IMG/VR virus record: IMGVR_UViG_3300021364_003460
Span: 32,001 to 96,000 of that record
Reading direction: 5' to 3' (one strand)
DNA length: 64,000 bases
Origin: a virus
Position numbers and translations under genes: made by a program. Within the stretch, counting starts at the first letter, position 1. Every line of letters starts with the position of its first letter. Shown here piece after piece: positions 26,406 to 35,247 of the stretch. The notes beneath the pieces were generated by a model. It did no database searches, was not told the DNA's origin, and saw only the letters and a program-made list of their open reading frames with translations.

Positions 26406-27131
26406 ATGTCTAACAAAGGATTAAGTAAACACACTTTAAAAAGCTACAGTAAAAAGAAACCTCAGTTACGTAGGTATATTAAACAAGGTTATGAAGAACA
26501 TACTTTGTTACCTAATAGAAGTATTAGACATAGAAAATGGGATAGAAGAAATCCTTATAAAATAGTTGAAAAGTATTTAGAGTCTAAAGTAGGTTGCAAC
26601 TGGAATGATGTTTACTCAGAACTTAGAAGTAAAATAGGATATTTTAAAGTAGAAGATTATATCAAATCTTTTACTATTAAAAAATATAAAAGACTAACTT
26701 GGAGTAGATATGGTAAAGTTTACTATTCTATAGATAAAAAAATTAAAGGTATTAGACCAGGTGAATTTTATATAGACTCAAATAACTTACTTCAACAAGT
26801 ACCCAAAAAGAGAAAGATAAATAAAGTAAAAAAACCTATAGTTATCAAGATAGATGATAACCATGAGTATAGATATTTAGAGAATAAAGCTAGTTGGTAT
26901 TACTATTACAAAGATATTACTAAAAAAGTAAAGAAAAGATTAGTAGTAGACAGTAAAGGCAAACCTGTTTTTTACAATAGACTTAACTGTAAAATATTAG
27001 ACCCTATGTTGTTAGGTACTCCTATGTTTACTTATCAGACTGTAGAAAAGGTAACTTGGGAAAGAGATCCTATAGATACGTTTGGTAATTATCATAGATT
27101 AAAACTTAGAAATTTAGGAGTGTTCTTATGA
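26406..27131 (+). CDS. basic hypothetical protein
   Basis: 241-aa Lys/Arg-rich ORF; YLESKVG..WNDVYSE motif. Confidence 0.6.
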   Translation: MSNKGLSKHTLKSYSKKKPQLRRYIKQGYEEHTLLPNRSIRHRKWDRRNPYKIVEKYLESKVGCNWNDVYSELRSKIGYFKVEDYIKSFTIKKYKRLTWSRYGKVYYSIDKKIKGIRPGEFYIDSNNLLQQVPKKRKINKVKKPIVIKIDDNHEYRYLENKASWYYYYKDITKKVKKRLVVDSKGKPVFYNRLNCKILDPMLLGTPMFTYQTVEKVTWERDPIDTFGNYHRLKLRNLGVFL

Positions 27132-27140
27132 TAGTAAAAA

Positions 27141-27437
27141 GTGGTCAAGATGATTATGACTGGCATTAGAGAAAAACTCTACTCTGAAATCTTTGTTGAG
27201 TTACCTATATTAGCTAAAGAACAAAAGTGGGCTATAACTGCTGACCACTGTATAGGAAGAATAATTTATGACTCTGTAATGAGTTGTAAGTGGAGTAAGG
27301 TAGTTAAGTCACCTTTCTATAAGAATGCTGAGTTGAGTAAAGTTGAGGAAGCTCTATTAGTGTGCGATCGCCTAAAGGTGGAAGGTAAAATATTAGCTGA
27401 CAAGTTGAATGAAGAGAGTTTGAGATATAGAAAATGA
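27141..27437 (+). CDS. hypothetical protein
   Basis: DHC..RI..D....W......FYK...LN..SL.YR pattern; contains the HIP1 site. Confidence 0.55.
   Translation: MVKMIMTGIREKLYSEIFVELPILAKEQKWAITADHCIGRIIYDSVMSCKWSKVVKSPFYKNAELSKVEEALLVCDRLKVEGKILADKLNEESLRYRK
27364..27371. repeat. HIP1 octamer GCGATCGC
   Basis: Exact match read in the sequence. Confidence 0.8.
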
Positions 27438-28531
27438 TAGATATTTACAGCTTAAATGAGATACCTAAAAAGTTTAATAAACAAGGACTCTGTTATTTTG
27501 GTAAGCTGACTAAAGAAGAGTTGCCTTTAGATTGTGAGCTAGAGTATGTTCCAGGCTATACCAATATATACCTAAACTCATTTGAAGAAGACTTTGTGCA
27601 GTTTGAGTACATGGATGGATTTAGTCCTAACCTTAATAAGAAGCTACACTTAGGTCATCTTAGTAACTTTATCTTTGCTAAAACTTTTCAATCACTGGGA
27701 GTTAGTAAACAAACTATTGCTATCTATGGAGATACCTTAAAAGGAACTGACTACACCAATAAAAATCAGATAATGTTTGACTACAAAGTAGATAAAGAAT
27801 ACTTTGCTAGTCAGATGACACTTAGTGATGACAGTATATTAAGTAATGGTAAGGGTAAGTATGAAGGTGCTAAAGTCTGGCAAGATAATGTAATGATTAA
27901 GTCCAATGGAGGTACTACATACTTCTATCAAGATGTAGCTCTAAGACAGCATCTAAAGTTACCAACTCTATACTTAACTGGACAAGAACAAGTAAATCAC
28001 TTTGCTGAACTTAAAAAGTATGATGGCAATGTTACTCATATAGGATTAGGTTTAGTCAACCTTAATGGCAGCAAGATGAGTTCTAGAGAAGGTAATGTTG
28101 TCTTTATGGAAGAAGTTGTAAGTAAACTAAATGAAGGTTTTAATAACTTAAAGTTAACTTACAATGTGCTGGCTGGTAGTCTTATTAAAAGTAATCCCAC
28201 TACTAATAAGAATATAAACATGACTGACTTAATGGATGTAAAGAAATCATTAGGTCTGTATGTGAGCTATTCACTGGCTAGATTAGATAAGCTACCTATT
28301 GAGTTTGAAAAGGTAGAAATTAGCCCTTTAGTTAAGTATCTGTATGCTAAGTCTAAAATTAAGTTGAATCCTTCTATATTGTTCAATAAGTTAGTAGAGG
28401 TGTGTCAAGCTTTCAATGGAGACTATGAAAGTAAAAGTAGTCAGGAGAATGTTGAGTTGTATTCTCAATATAAGGTAGATGCGGAGTATATGTTTGATAA
28501 GTTAGGGTTGTATAAGGTTGAGAAGGTGTAG
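27434..28531 (+). CDS. argS: compact arginyl-tRNA synthetase-like protein
   Basis: PGYTNIYL, FSPNLNKKLHLGHL (HIGH), KSNGGTTYFYQDVA, YLTG.EQ..HF, KMSSREGNVV, GLYVSYSLARL. Confidence 0.8.
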   Translation: MIDIYSLNEIPKKFNKQGLCYFGKLTKEELPLDCELEYVPGYTNIYLNSFEEDFVQFEYMDGFSPNLNKKLHLGHLSNFIFAKTFQSLGVSKQTIAIYGDTLKGTDYTNKNQIMFDYKVDKEYFASQMTLSDDSILSNGKGKYEGAKVWQDNVMIKSNGGTTYFYQDVALRQHLKLPTLYLTGQEQVNHFAELKKYDGNVTHIGLGLVNLNGSKMSSREGNVVFMEEVVSKLNEGFNNLKLTYNVLAGSLIKSNPTTNKNINMTDLMDVKKSLGLYVSYSLARLDKLPIEFEKVEISPLVKYLYAKSKIKLNPSILFNKLVEVCQAFNGDYESKSSQENVELYSQYKVDAEYMFDKLGLYKVEKV

Positions 28532-28694
28532 ATAGCAAGTATCAAGCTTGTTCAACTTTTCCATTCACCTTTTCAGACTTTTCTTTGAGTCAAATAGGTT
28601 GTAGCCTTTCTATTGAGCAACTAGACAAATAACAAGAGTAAGTTAACCTAAAGATAGTAAGATAAGTAAGACTACTAGAAGTCAACCTAGAATA

Positions 28695-28748
28695 AGACCT
28701 CTAAGTGAGAACCTAAGAGGTCTAAGACTAAGTAGTCTATCTAGATAG
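28695..28748. repeat. cluster of three inverted repeats
   Basis: AGACCTCT(28695-702)/AGAGGTCT(28716-723); AGACTA(28725-30)/TAGTCT(28733-38); palindrome CTATCTAGATAG (28737-48). Confidence 0.75.
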
Positions 28749-28758
28749 CAACCCTAAG

Positions 28759-30234
28759 CTAAGTTATAAGACCTCCCTCTAAGTCTGTAGTTATCCTAAG
28801 TAAGGAAGCTTGCGCCCTAACAGCCTCCTTCATTTTACTCTCTAAAGACTTTACTAAATTACCTTTATTGTAGTGTACTGTAAATCCATCATGCTGAAAG
28901 AGAGTAATAGACATATATTTACTATTCTCTTTAGCTATATCAAAGACTGGCTTAAGTAATACCATCTCCATTAGTTGAGCCTCCTGAGCTAACAAAGACT
29001 TAACACAGTCATGTCTTTCTTTATCAGTATTACCTTCTACTAAAAGTTCTCTACCATCATGCCAGTCTAAAGTTAACTTACCCTCTTCTAAGACTTTAGT
29101 TATCTTAGCTTCTCTGGCTTTATAAAGAGCTGCCATAATGGGACGGGCTAACACATCAGCACCCTTCTTGGCTATCTTTAGTTTCTTAAATCCTTTAGTC
29201 AGTCTAGCTAATAAACATGACTTCTTCATACCATAAATAAGAGAATAAAGACTTTCTTTAAGTAAACCTTTGAGAGCATCAAACCAACCAGGGTTATTTA
29301 ATTTATTGTAAGTATAGTTAATTCCTAAATGAGTAAAGAGGGAAGTCCAGATATGGTTGCCTGATTGTAAGAATTCTTGTACTTCTGTTATGTTCCATAG
29401 TTTAGCTACTATAGCCAACTGACTACTAACTAAATCATACTCATACCAACCCTTACAGATGGCTTTTCTTAGCTTTCTACAAAGAAGTAGTATACTTTCC
29501 CCATGAGGAAATATCCTTACTGTTCTACCAGCACTGCTAGGTTTGTAGTAAGGCTTAGGATTCTCATATATAGATAGAAGTATCTTAGTTTCTATTTCTC
29601 TTAAAGTAGCGTCCTTAGTAGGCTTGAGTTTAGGGTTAGTTTCATTAGACTCTAATCTAGCCAGCACACTAGACACATGGTCAAGGTTTTCTTTAACTTT
29701 GCTAGTAAAAAGATTAGAAGGTAAATTATTTAAGTATTCTAATAAAGGTAGTGCCTCTACAGAAGCATTATCATAGAATCTCTTAACTTCCTCTTCTAAC
29801 TCCTTTCTAATTTCACCAGGAGTATTCTTATTAGCTTTCTTTAAAGTAATAAAGTTGATCATGTTTGTACTGTTACCTATAGGAAAATAACCTAACTCTT
29901 TTTGAATATAATACTGTACTTCTAAAGCAAAGTAAGGAATAGCTGACCTAGCTTTACCTTCTTCATAACTGTACTCTTTAATAGCTAACTTTAAACCTGT
30001 TTCTTCTTGAAATTTAGTTAGATAGTTGCCTGCATTGTAGCGGTGATTTTTAAGTTTCTTATAGCAACCTTCACAACTAGCTAAAGTATGTCTATCTAAA
30101 ACAGTATAGTTTTCTTTGTTCTTACTAAAGATAAGTTTGAGAACTAGCTTTCTGTAACCAGCATTATCTTTAAGAACTGGGTAATGTTCAAGAAGAGAGT
30201 TAGTTAACTCTTGAGATATTAATCTTTTTATCAT
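28759..30234 (-). CDS. minimal family A polymerase-like protein (TV-Pol-like)
   Basis: Minus strand (CAT at 30232-30234; track strand is wrong). Motif A YEYDLVSSQLAI, motif B K...YSLIYG, motif C FQHDGF; no exonuclease domain. Confidence 0.65.
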   Translation of the reverse strand: MIKRLISQELTNSLLEHYPVLKDNAGYRKLVLKLIFSKNKENYTVLDRHTLASCEGCYKKLKNHRYNAGNYLTKFQEETGLKLAIKEYSYEEGKARSAIPYFALEVQYYIQKELGYFPIGNSTNMINFITLKKANKNTPGEIRKELEEEVKRFYDNASVEALPLLEYLNNLPSNLFTSKVKENLDHVSSVLARLESNETNPKLKPTKDATLREIETKILLSIYENPKPYYKPSSAGRTVRIFPHGESILLLCRKLRKAICKGWYEYDLVSSQLAIVAKLWNITEVQEFLQSGNHIWTSLFTHLGINYTYNKLNNPGWFDALKGLLKESLYSLIYGMKKSCLLARLTKGFKKLKIAKKGADVLARPIMAALYKAREAKITKVLEEGKLTLDWHDGRELLVEGNTDKERHDCVKSLLAQEAQLMEMVLLKPVFDIAKENSKYMSITLFQHDGFTVHYNKGNLVKSLESKMKEAVRAQASLLRITTDLEGGLIT

Positions 30235-30361
30235 ATAATTAAAATATATATTGAGATTGGATTGAAATATATAAGTTAGACTTAGTAGTTAAAGAGGGAG
30301 TTATTAGAAGTAGCTGCCTCTATTTTAATGTATACATTTATAGTACCAAAAAGGGCTAGTT

Positions 30362-30511
30362 ATGGCAAGGAGAAAGTGGGTTGAAAAAAGAATTAAAATA
30401 AGCTTTTCACAAACAGAAATAGATAAATTAGAAGCTTATTGTGAAAAGCATGAAAGAGAATATAGTGATGTGATTAGAGAGCTAGTAAGAAATCTAAAAG
30501 TGGAGGATTAA
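30362..30511 (+). CDS. ribbon-helix-helix (CopG-like) DNA-binding protein (49 aa)
   Basis: Own translation RIKISFSQTEIDKLEAYCEKHEREYSDVIRELVRNL; absent from the ORF track. Confidence 0.75.
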   Translation: MARRKWVEKRIKISFSQTEIDKLEAYCEKHEREYSDVIRELVRNLKVED

Positions 30512-30513
30512 AA

Positions 30514-30744
30514 ATGACAACTTACATTGAAGTAGAATCAACCTTAGACTTGCATAATAAAGTAGATGAACTAATAGGAGACTTACCTATTGCTTGGTCT
30601 ACTGCTAACAGATTACAGTATCCCCATGCAGAAGTAACTTATGAAACTTCTTATATTAATGGACTTAAAAAAGCTAAAGTTAGATTAGTTAAAGATGTAT
30701 ATGATGAATCTAAAGTAGAGGAGTATGAGGTAACTTTAAAATGA
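30514..30744 (+). CDS. hypothetical protein
   Basis: 76-aa ORF with GGAGG RBS. Confidence 0.55.
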   Translation: MTTYIEVESTLDLHNKVDELIGDLPIAWSTANRLQYPHAEVTYETSYINGLKKAKVRLVKDVYDESKVEEYEVTLK

Positions 30745-31841
30745 TTAACCTTTACCTTAAAGACAGTTTAACCAACCAACTAAAACTGTTTACTCCTATT
30801 CAACCTAACCATGTAAACATATATGCTTGTGGAATAACCCCTTATGATTTCTCTCATATAGGTCATGCTAGATCAGCTATTACATGGGATATTTTAATCA
30901 GGTATTTAAAGTACCTTGGTTATTCAGTCAACTACATTAACAACGTAACTGACATAGATGACAAGATTATTGAGAAAGCAAAAGTTAATAATGCTCCTGC
31001 TTTAGAAGTTAGTGATTACTACTTTAAAGAATATCAGAAAGAGTTAGCAGCTTTAAATGTGATACCTGCTGATAACTACCCTAAAGTTAGTGAAAATATA
31101 CCTCATATTATTAAGTTTATTCAAGAGTTAATTGCTAAAGAGGCAGCTTATGTGGCAGGAGATGGAGTTTACTTTAACCTCAACTCAGCAGCTAACTACG
31201 GTAAATTATCTAACAGAGATAGTCAAAGTTGCAGCTATCAAGACTTTGCTTTATGGAAATTAACTAAAGATAATGGCTGGGATAGTCTTTGGGGTTATGG
31301 TAGACCCGGCTGGCATATTGAGTGTTCTACATTTATAAAAATTTATATAGGAGATACAGTAGATATACATTGTGGAGGTAGTGATTTAGTATTTCCACAT
31401 CATGAGAATGAAATAGCACAGTCAGAAACCTTAACTGGTAAACCTTTAGCAAACTATTGGTTACATAATGGTATGGTTAAAATTGATGGTAAAAAGATGT
31501 CTAAGTCATTAGGTAATACTATTACTATCAAAGATGTGTTAGCTAAATATCATCCTCACACTCTTAGAATGTTATTCCTACAAACTGGGTATCACAAACC
31601 AGTTAACATTACAGAAGAGTCTTTAAAGGCTGCTGAAAATGCTTATCTTAAATTAGAGAAATCTGCTAACTTATCTCATACTTATATACTATCTGAAGAA
31701 AATCCTTACCTTAAAAAGTTTGAAGAATATATGTCAGACGACTTAAATACAGCTAAGGTATCTGCACTAATGTTTAAGTTAGCTAAAGAAAAAAAGTATT
31801 CTATTTTAAAACAAATAATGAATTTAGTTGGATTACTATGA
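30741..31841 (+). CDS. cysS: cysteinyl-tRNA synthetase-like protein, C-terminally short
   Basis: YACGITPY..SHIGHAR, DIDDKII, DFALWK, GRPGWHIECS, DIHCGG.DL.FPHHENE, KMSKSLGN, DDLNT; 366 aa. Confidence 0.92.
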   Translation: MINLYLKDSLTNQLKLFTPIQPNHVNIYACGITPYDFSHIGHARSAITWDILIRYLKYLGYSVNYINNVTDIDDKIIEKAKVNNAPALEVSDYYFKEYQKELAALNVIPADNYPKVSENIPHIIKFIQELIAKEAAYVAGDGVYFNLNSAANYGKLSNRDSQSCSYQDFALWKLTKDNGWDSLWGYGRPGWHIECSTFIKIYIGDTVDIHCGGSDLVFPHHENEIAQSETLTGKPLANYWLHNGMVKIDGKKMSKSLGNTITIKDVLAKYHPHTLRMLFLQTGYHKPVNITEESLKAAENAYLKLEKSANLSHTYILSEENPYLKKFEEYMSDDLNTAKVSALMFKLAKEKKYSILKQIMNLVGLL

Positions 31842-32044
31842 GTAGAAAGCAAACAATAGAATTAGAGTGGTTTAATATAGAAGATAAAGAACCTGACCCT
31901 TTAACTCCTATAATTACAGATTGGGACTATTCATACATTTTAGTAAAAGAAGAAGATAGTGGATACTATGTTAAGGCTAATGACGTAGATGACTTTTCAA
32001 TAACCAAAAGTGATTTTACAGAGTGGGCTTACTATCCTTTTTAA
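31838..32044 (+). CDS. hypothetical protein
   Basis: 68-aa ORF. Confidence 0.5.
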   Translation: MSRKQTIELEWFNIEDKEPDPLTPIITDWDYSYILVKEEDSGYYVKANDVDDFSITKSDFTEWAYYPF

Positions 32045-32047
32045 AAT

Positions 32048-32323
32048 ATGAATAGTTGGATTGCAGATTACTTTGTAGATAGCTTTAAAAGTATAGCTTC
32101 TGAACTACCTAGCTATTCTCTCTGTAAAATAAATAAAATATTAGTAGATGAAATGCTAAGTAGGTATGATAAACTTAATCAGCAAACTAATCTATCTACT
32201 AAGGAACAAAAAGAGCTGACTCTAATTAAAGACTTTATTAGAAAAGAGGATACTAGAATTGTAGAGTCTGGTAAATTGGAAGATAGAATTAATAAATATT
32301 TGGATGAACATTTACCTAAATAA
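32048..32323 (+). CDS. hypothetical protein
   Basis: 91-aa ORF. Confidence 0.55.
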   Translation: MNSWIADYFVDSFKSIASELPSYSLCKINKILVDEMLSRYDKLNQQTNLSTKEQKELTLIKDFIRKEDTRIVESGKLEDRINKYLDEHLPK

Positions 32324-32471
32324 AACTTATGTTTACAATCTTTATGTTAACTTGTATAGTAGTCTTTTATATGATAGCAATGAATCTATTATCTGATTAG
32401 TATTGCATTCTAAACAAACATAAGCTACTATAGTTAAACATTAAAATAAACAATTAAATATAAAACTAAAT

Positions 32472-32792
32472 ATGGATAGTACATTAGAAAGCCAAGTTAT
32501 TGAAACAGTTTACCCAGAAGGTAGCCCTTGTGCTAGTGGAGCTTGTCCCATGCCTGCTGAATTAGAAGTAGAAGAAACTCTAATTGCTAAAAATGACTTA
32601 GTAATCTTCAATCTTAGAGGTAATGTACGCTCAGGTAAAGTAATATCTAAAGGTAAAGTTCACTTAGGTATTGATACTATTGGTATGAAGTCTAATACTA
32701 AAATTCCTGTTACTACAGAATTAGTTCCTATGACAGTATTTGTAGAGAAAGCTATCTTAGATAGTTTGGAAGCTGAAGTAGAAGCAGCTTAA
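32472..32792 (+). CDS. hypothetical protein carrying an NrdJ-tail-like CASGACP motif
   Basis: CASGACP is identical to the NrdJ C-terminus in this window. Confidence 0.65.
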   Translation: MDSTLESQVIETVYPEGSPCASGACPMPAELEVEETLIAKNDLVIFNLRGNVRSGKVISKGKVHLGIDTIGMKSNTKIPVTTELVPMTVFVEKAILDSLEAEVEAA

Positions 32793-32821
32793 ATATAATT
32801 AGTAAAATACAGTAAACAAAA

Positions 32822-32841
32822 AGCTCTCTATTAAGGGAGCT
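32822..32841 (+). terminator. putative terminator
   Basis: AGCTCTCT/AGGGAGCT stem then ATTTT; resembles the 26373 hairpin. Confidence 0.55.
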
Positions 32842-32847
32842 ATTTTA

Positions 32848-33108
32848 ATGTCTACTAAAGGATACATATACTTCATAGTTGACTATGACAAGAGAGAAGT
32901 TAAAATAGGGTATTCAAAACACCCTCAACAAAGACTAAAAGAACTAAAAACTTCTAACTCTGGTAATCTTGTATTAGCTAAAGTAGTACCTGGAACTAGA
33001 ATAGATGAAAAGAAATATCATAGAGTTTTCTGTCATAGTAGAATACGTAGAGAGTGGTTTCAGTTAACTCTAGAAATAGAAGAGTTTATAAATAGAGAAG
33101 CTGCATGA
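32848..33108 (+). CDS. GIY-YIG family nuclease (T5orf172/MUG113-like)
   Basis: YIYFI....VKIGYS..P.QRL.EL.T...REWF. Confidence 0.8.
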   Translation: MSTKGYIYFIVDYDKREVKIGYSKHPQQRLKELKTSNSGNLVLAKVVPGTRIDEKKYHRVFCHSRIRREWFQLTLEIEEFINREAA

Positions 33109-33338
33109 ATTTAAAAGAGCATTATAAATGGAAAGAGTATATTAATCTACCTTTAATAGAACTTATAAAAGAATATGAAACTTGGATAGATGATATAGCT
33201 AAAGAAGAAATATCTTATAAAATCTATCAATATTATTTAAAACATAAATGTTTAACCGTTAAACAAAAAGAACAAATAGTTGCTAAATTGGTAGACTTAT
33301 ATGTTATATATGATTTAGATGAAGGCATGGTTATATGA
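33105..33338 (+). CDS. hypothetical protein
   Basis: 77-aa ORF. Confidence 0.5.
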   Translation: MNLKEHYKWKEYINLPLIELIKEYETWIDDIAKEEISYKIYQYYLKHKCLTVKQKEQIVAKLVDLYVIYDLDEGMVI

Positions 33339-34402
33339 ATCTAGGTATTTACATATCTAACTTAAAGTGTTTTGAAAAGTATGAAGATGCTAATGTTATC
33401 TTTCAGTTGTCTTCCACTTTTGAACATACTATGTCTAAAAAACTGGATAAGTATGTTGAAAGTAAAGTGCACTACAATTTTGATATAACTAATAATCCTA
33501 AATTTATTACTACATACACAAGAGAATTTGAGAAGACTCAATCTCTACCTACTGTTAATGAAAAATGTAATAAAATGTTTAATTATTACAGACCTACATA
33601 TAACTTAGAAACTGGAGAGTACAACATCTTTCCTGGTAGGGATTATCTTTTACATTACAAACTTCTGTATAGTTATCAAAGTAATAAGCTTAATGCAGCC
33701 TCTAAATTACAGAATCCTAGAGAGATTGATCTACCAGGTATTCCTCATCATTTAATATGGGATAGTTTAAAAGTACCAACTAATCTTAATAAGACTGTAA
33801 TTTTAGGTTATGTAGAAGCTTTCCATGATTTAGAGCCAGATGCTTGGGGAGAGCTTCATTATGATAAGAATTATGAGTTTGGTTGGTGGAATCATGTTAA
33901 TAAACCTATTACTTTATTAGGATGTAATTATAGTTATTGGGGTGATATCTCCTCAGTTCTCATTCATAAGTTAGCTAGCTATGGGGTAGAAAATGTACTT
34001 TACATAGGTAAATTAACTTCACTAAATGGAGTATCTGCTCATCTTAGTTCTATTGTTTCAGGTAACATATCCTATCTTAAAGGAGAAATGATTGATTGGA
34101 ATAGTAATAACTTATGTAGTGAGCTAAACCTACCTCAAGTTAGACACTATACTTTACCCAGTCACATGCTAGAGACTAAAGCATGGGCAGTAAAAGCTAG
34201 AACTATGTTTGATATTACTGATAGTAAGATTGGTTACATGGCTAAACAATCTATTAACTGTGGTATTAATTTTGGCTATATAGGTTTGATTACTAGATAC
34301 CTATTTAATGAAGAGAATGAATTAGATATACATAAGTTTAAAAGTAAGAAAAGAAAGTCATTTAGTAATATAAAAGATTTAGTTAAAAAGCTACCTATAT
34401 GA
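33335..34402 (+). CDS. nucleoside phosphorylase-fold protein, divergent
   Basis: YWGDI...L...G...VLYIGKL, HYTLPS.M.ET, D....GYMA, FGYI.LI. Confidence 0.45.
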   Translation: MNLGIYISNLKCFEKYEDANVIFQLSSTFEHTMSKKLDKYVESKVHYNFDITNNPKFITTYTREFEKTQSLPTVNEKCNKMFNYYRPTYNLETGEYNIFPGRDYLLHYKLLYSYQSNKLNAASKLQNPREIDLPGIPHHLIWDSLKVPTNLNKTVILGYVEAFHDLEPDAWGELHYDKNYEFGWWNHVNKPITLLGCNYSYWGDISSVLIHKLASYGVENVLYIGKLTSLNGVSAHLSSIVSGNISYLKGEMIDWNSNNLCSELNLPQVRHYTLPSHMLETKAWAVKARTMFDITDSKIGYMAKQSINCGINFGYIGLITRYLFNEENELDIHKFKSKKRKSFSNIKDLVKKLPI

Positions 34403-34587
34403 CTACAAAACAACAAATAGAAAAGTTTAGACAATACTGGGGTATTTCTGAAGTAGAAATGTCTAAGTTGCAACAGTTAATTATAGATGATTTTCTAGAA
34501 ATAAAGAAAGCTAAGTTAGAAAAACAGTTAGAAGAATACTGTAGTCAGATTACTTTTACTAACTATCATGGAGAAGTATTGTGGTAG
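34399..34587 (+). CDS. hypothetical protein
   Basis: 62-aa ORF. Confidence 0.5.
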   Translation: MTTKQQIEKFRQYWGISEVEMSKLQQLIIDDFLEIKKAKLEKQLEEYCSQITFTNYHGEVLW

Positions 34588-34600
34588 ATAAAAGGATAAC

Positions 34601-34780
34601 ATGAGTTAACCTTTTAGAAGTGAAGCCTACAGTAAAGAGTTTGATTTAGCAGATGATGGATTAAAGTTAACAGATGTTACTGAGGTGTTTGATTCTGCTG
34701 CTGATGCTATGATAGAAGACTTCAACATTCCTACAGATGAAGAAGTCACAGCAGTGTTTATTAGAGAGGTAAGTGAATGA
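34601..34780 (+). pseudogene. small acidic ORF with a stop at codon 3
   Basis: AAAGGA RBS, ATG AGT TAA(34607-09), then an open frame to a TGA overlapping ATG 34777. Confidence 0.55.
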
Positions 34781-35226
34781 GAGGTACTTTAAGTTTACGC
34801 AACAACACTATAACAGTAAACCAAAAGTATAGATGTACAGATGCTATACTAGTTGATTTTATTACTCACCTTACATTGAACGCCCCTCCAGAGAATACTG
34901 TTACTGCTGACAGAGGTAGCTTTCAAGAGTTAGAGCAATACCTAGCAGCTAACTTTCCTGAGTATACCTTTGGATTTAAGTTAGATAAAGTAGCTCAACC
35001 CGCCAGCTTTGATAAGCTAGATAAACCCTTCTTGATAACAGAAGATTGGGTTTACTTTCAGATGTATCAAGGAGGTTTAAGACAACCTAACTTATTCCTA
35101 CTAGTAATCTCAGAAGCTAAGTCTTTAATAGAAAAAGTTAAAGGTAAACAAAGTTATCTCATCTTGAAATGTGTAGAAGACAAAGGTAAAGTCAAGTTAG
35201 TTGAAGTAAAAGATAACTATTTGTAG
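34777..35226 (+). CDS. hypothetical protein
   Basis: 149-aa ORF. Confidence 0.55.
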   Translation: MRGTLSLRNNTITVNQKYRCTDAILVDFITHLTLNAPPENTVTADRGSFQELEQYLAANFPEYTFGFKLDKVAQPASFDKLDKPFLITEDWVYFQMYQGGLRQPNLFLLVISEAKSLIEKVKGKQSYLILKCVEDKGKVKLVEVKDNYL

Positions 35227-35247
35227 TTAGTTTAAGCTGGCTGAAAT

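Noticed and set aside
28759-30234. ORF track strand '+'
   Set aside because: The listed protein is the reverse-complement translation (CAT at 30232-34, CTA at 28759-61); annotated as minus
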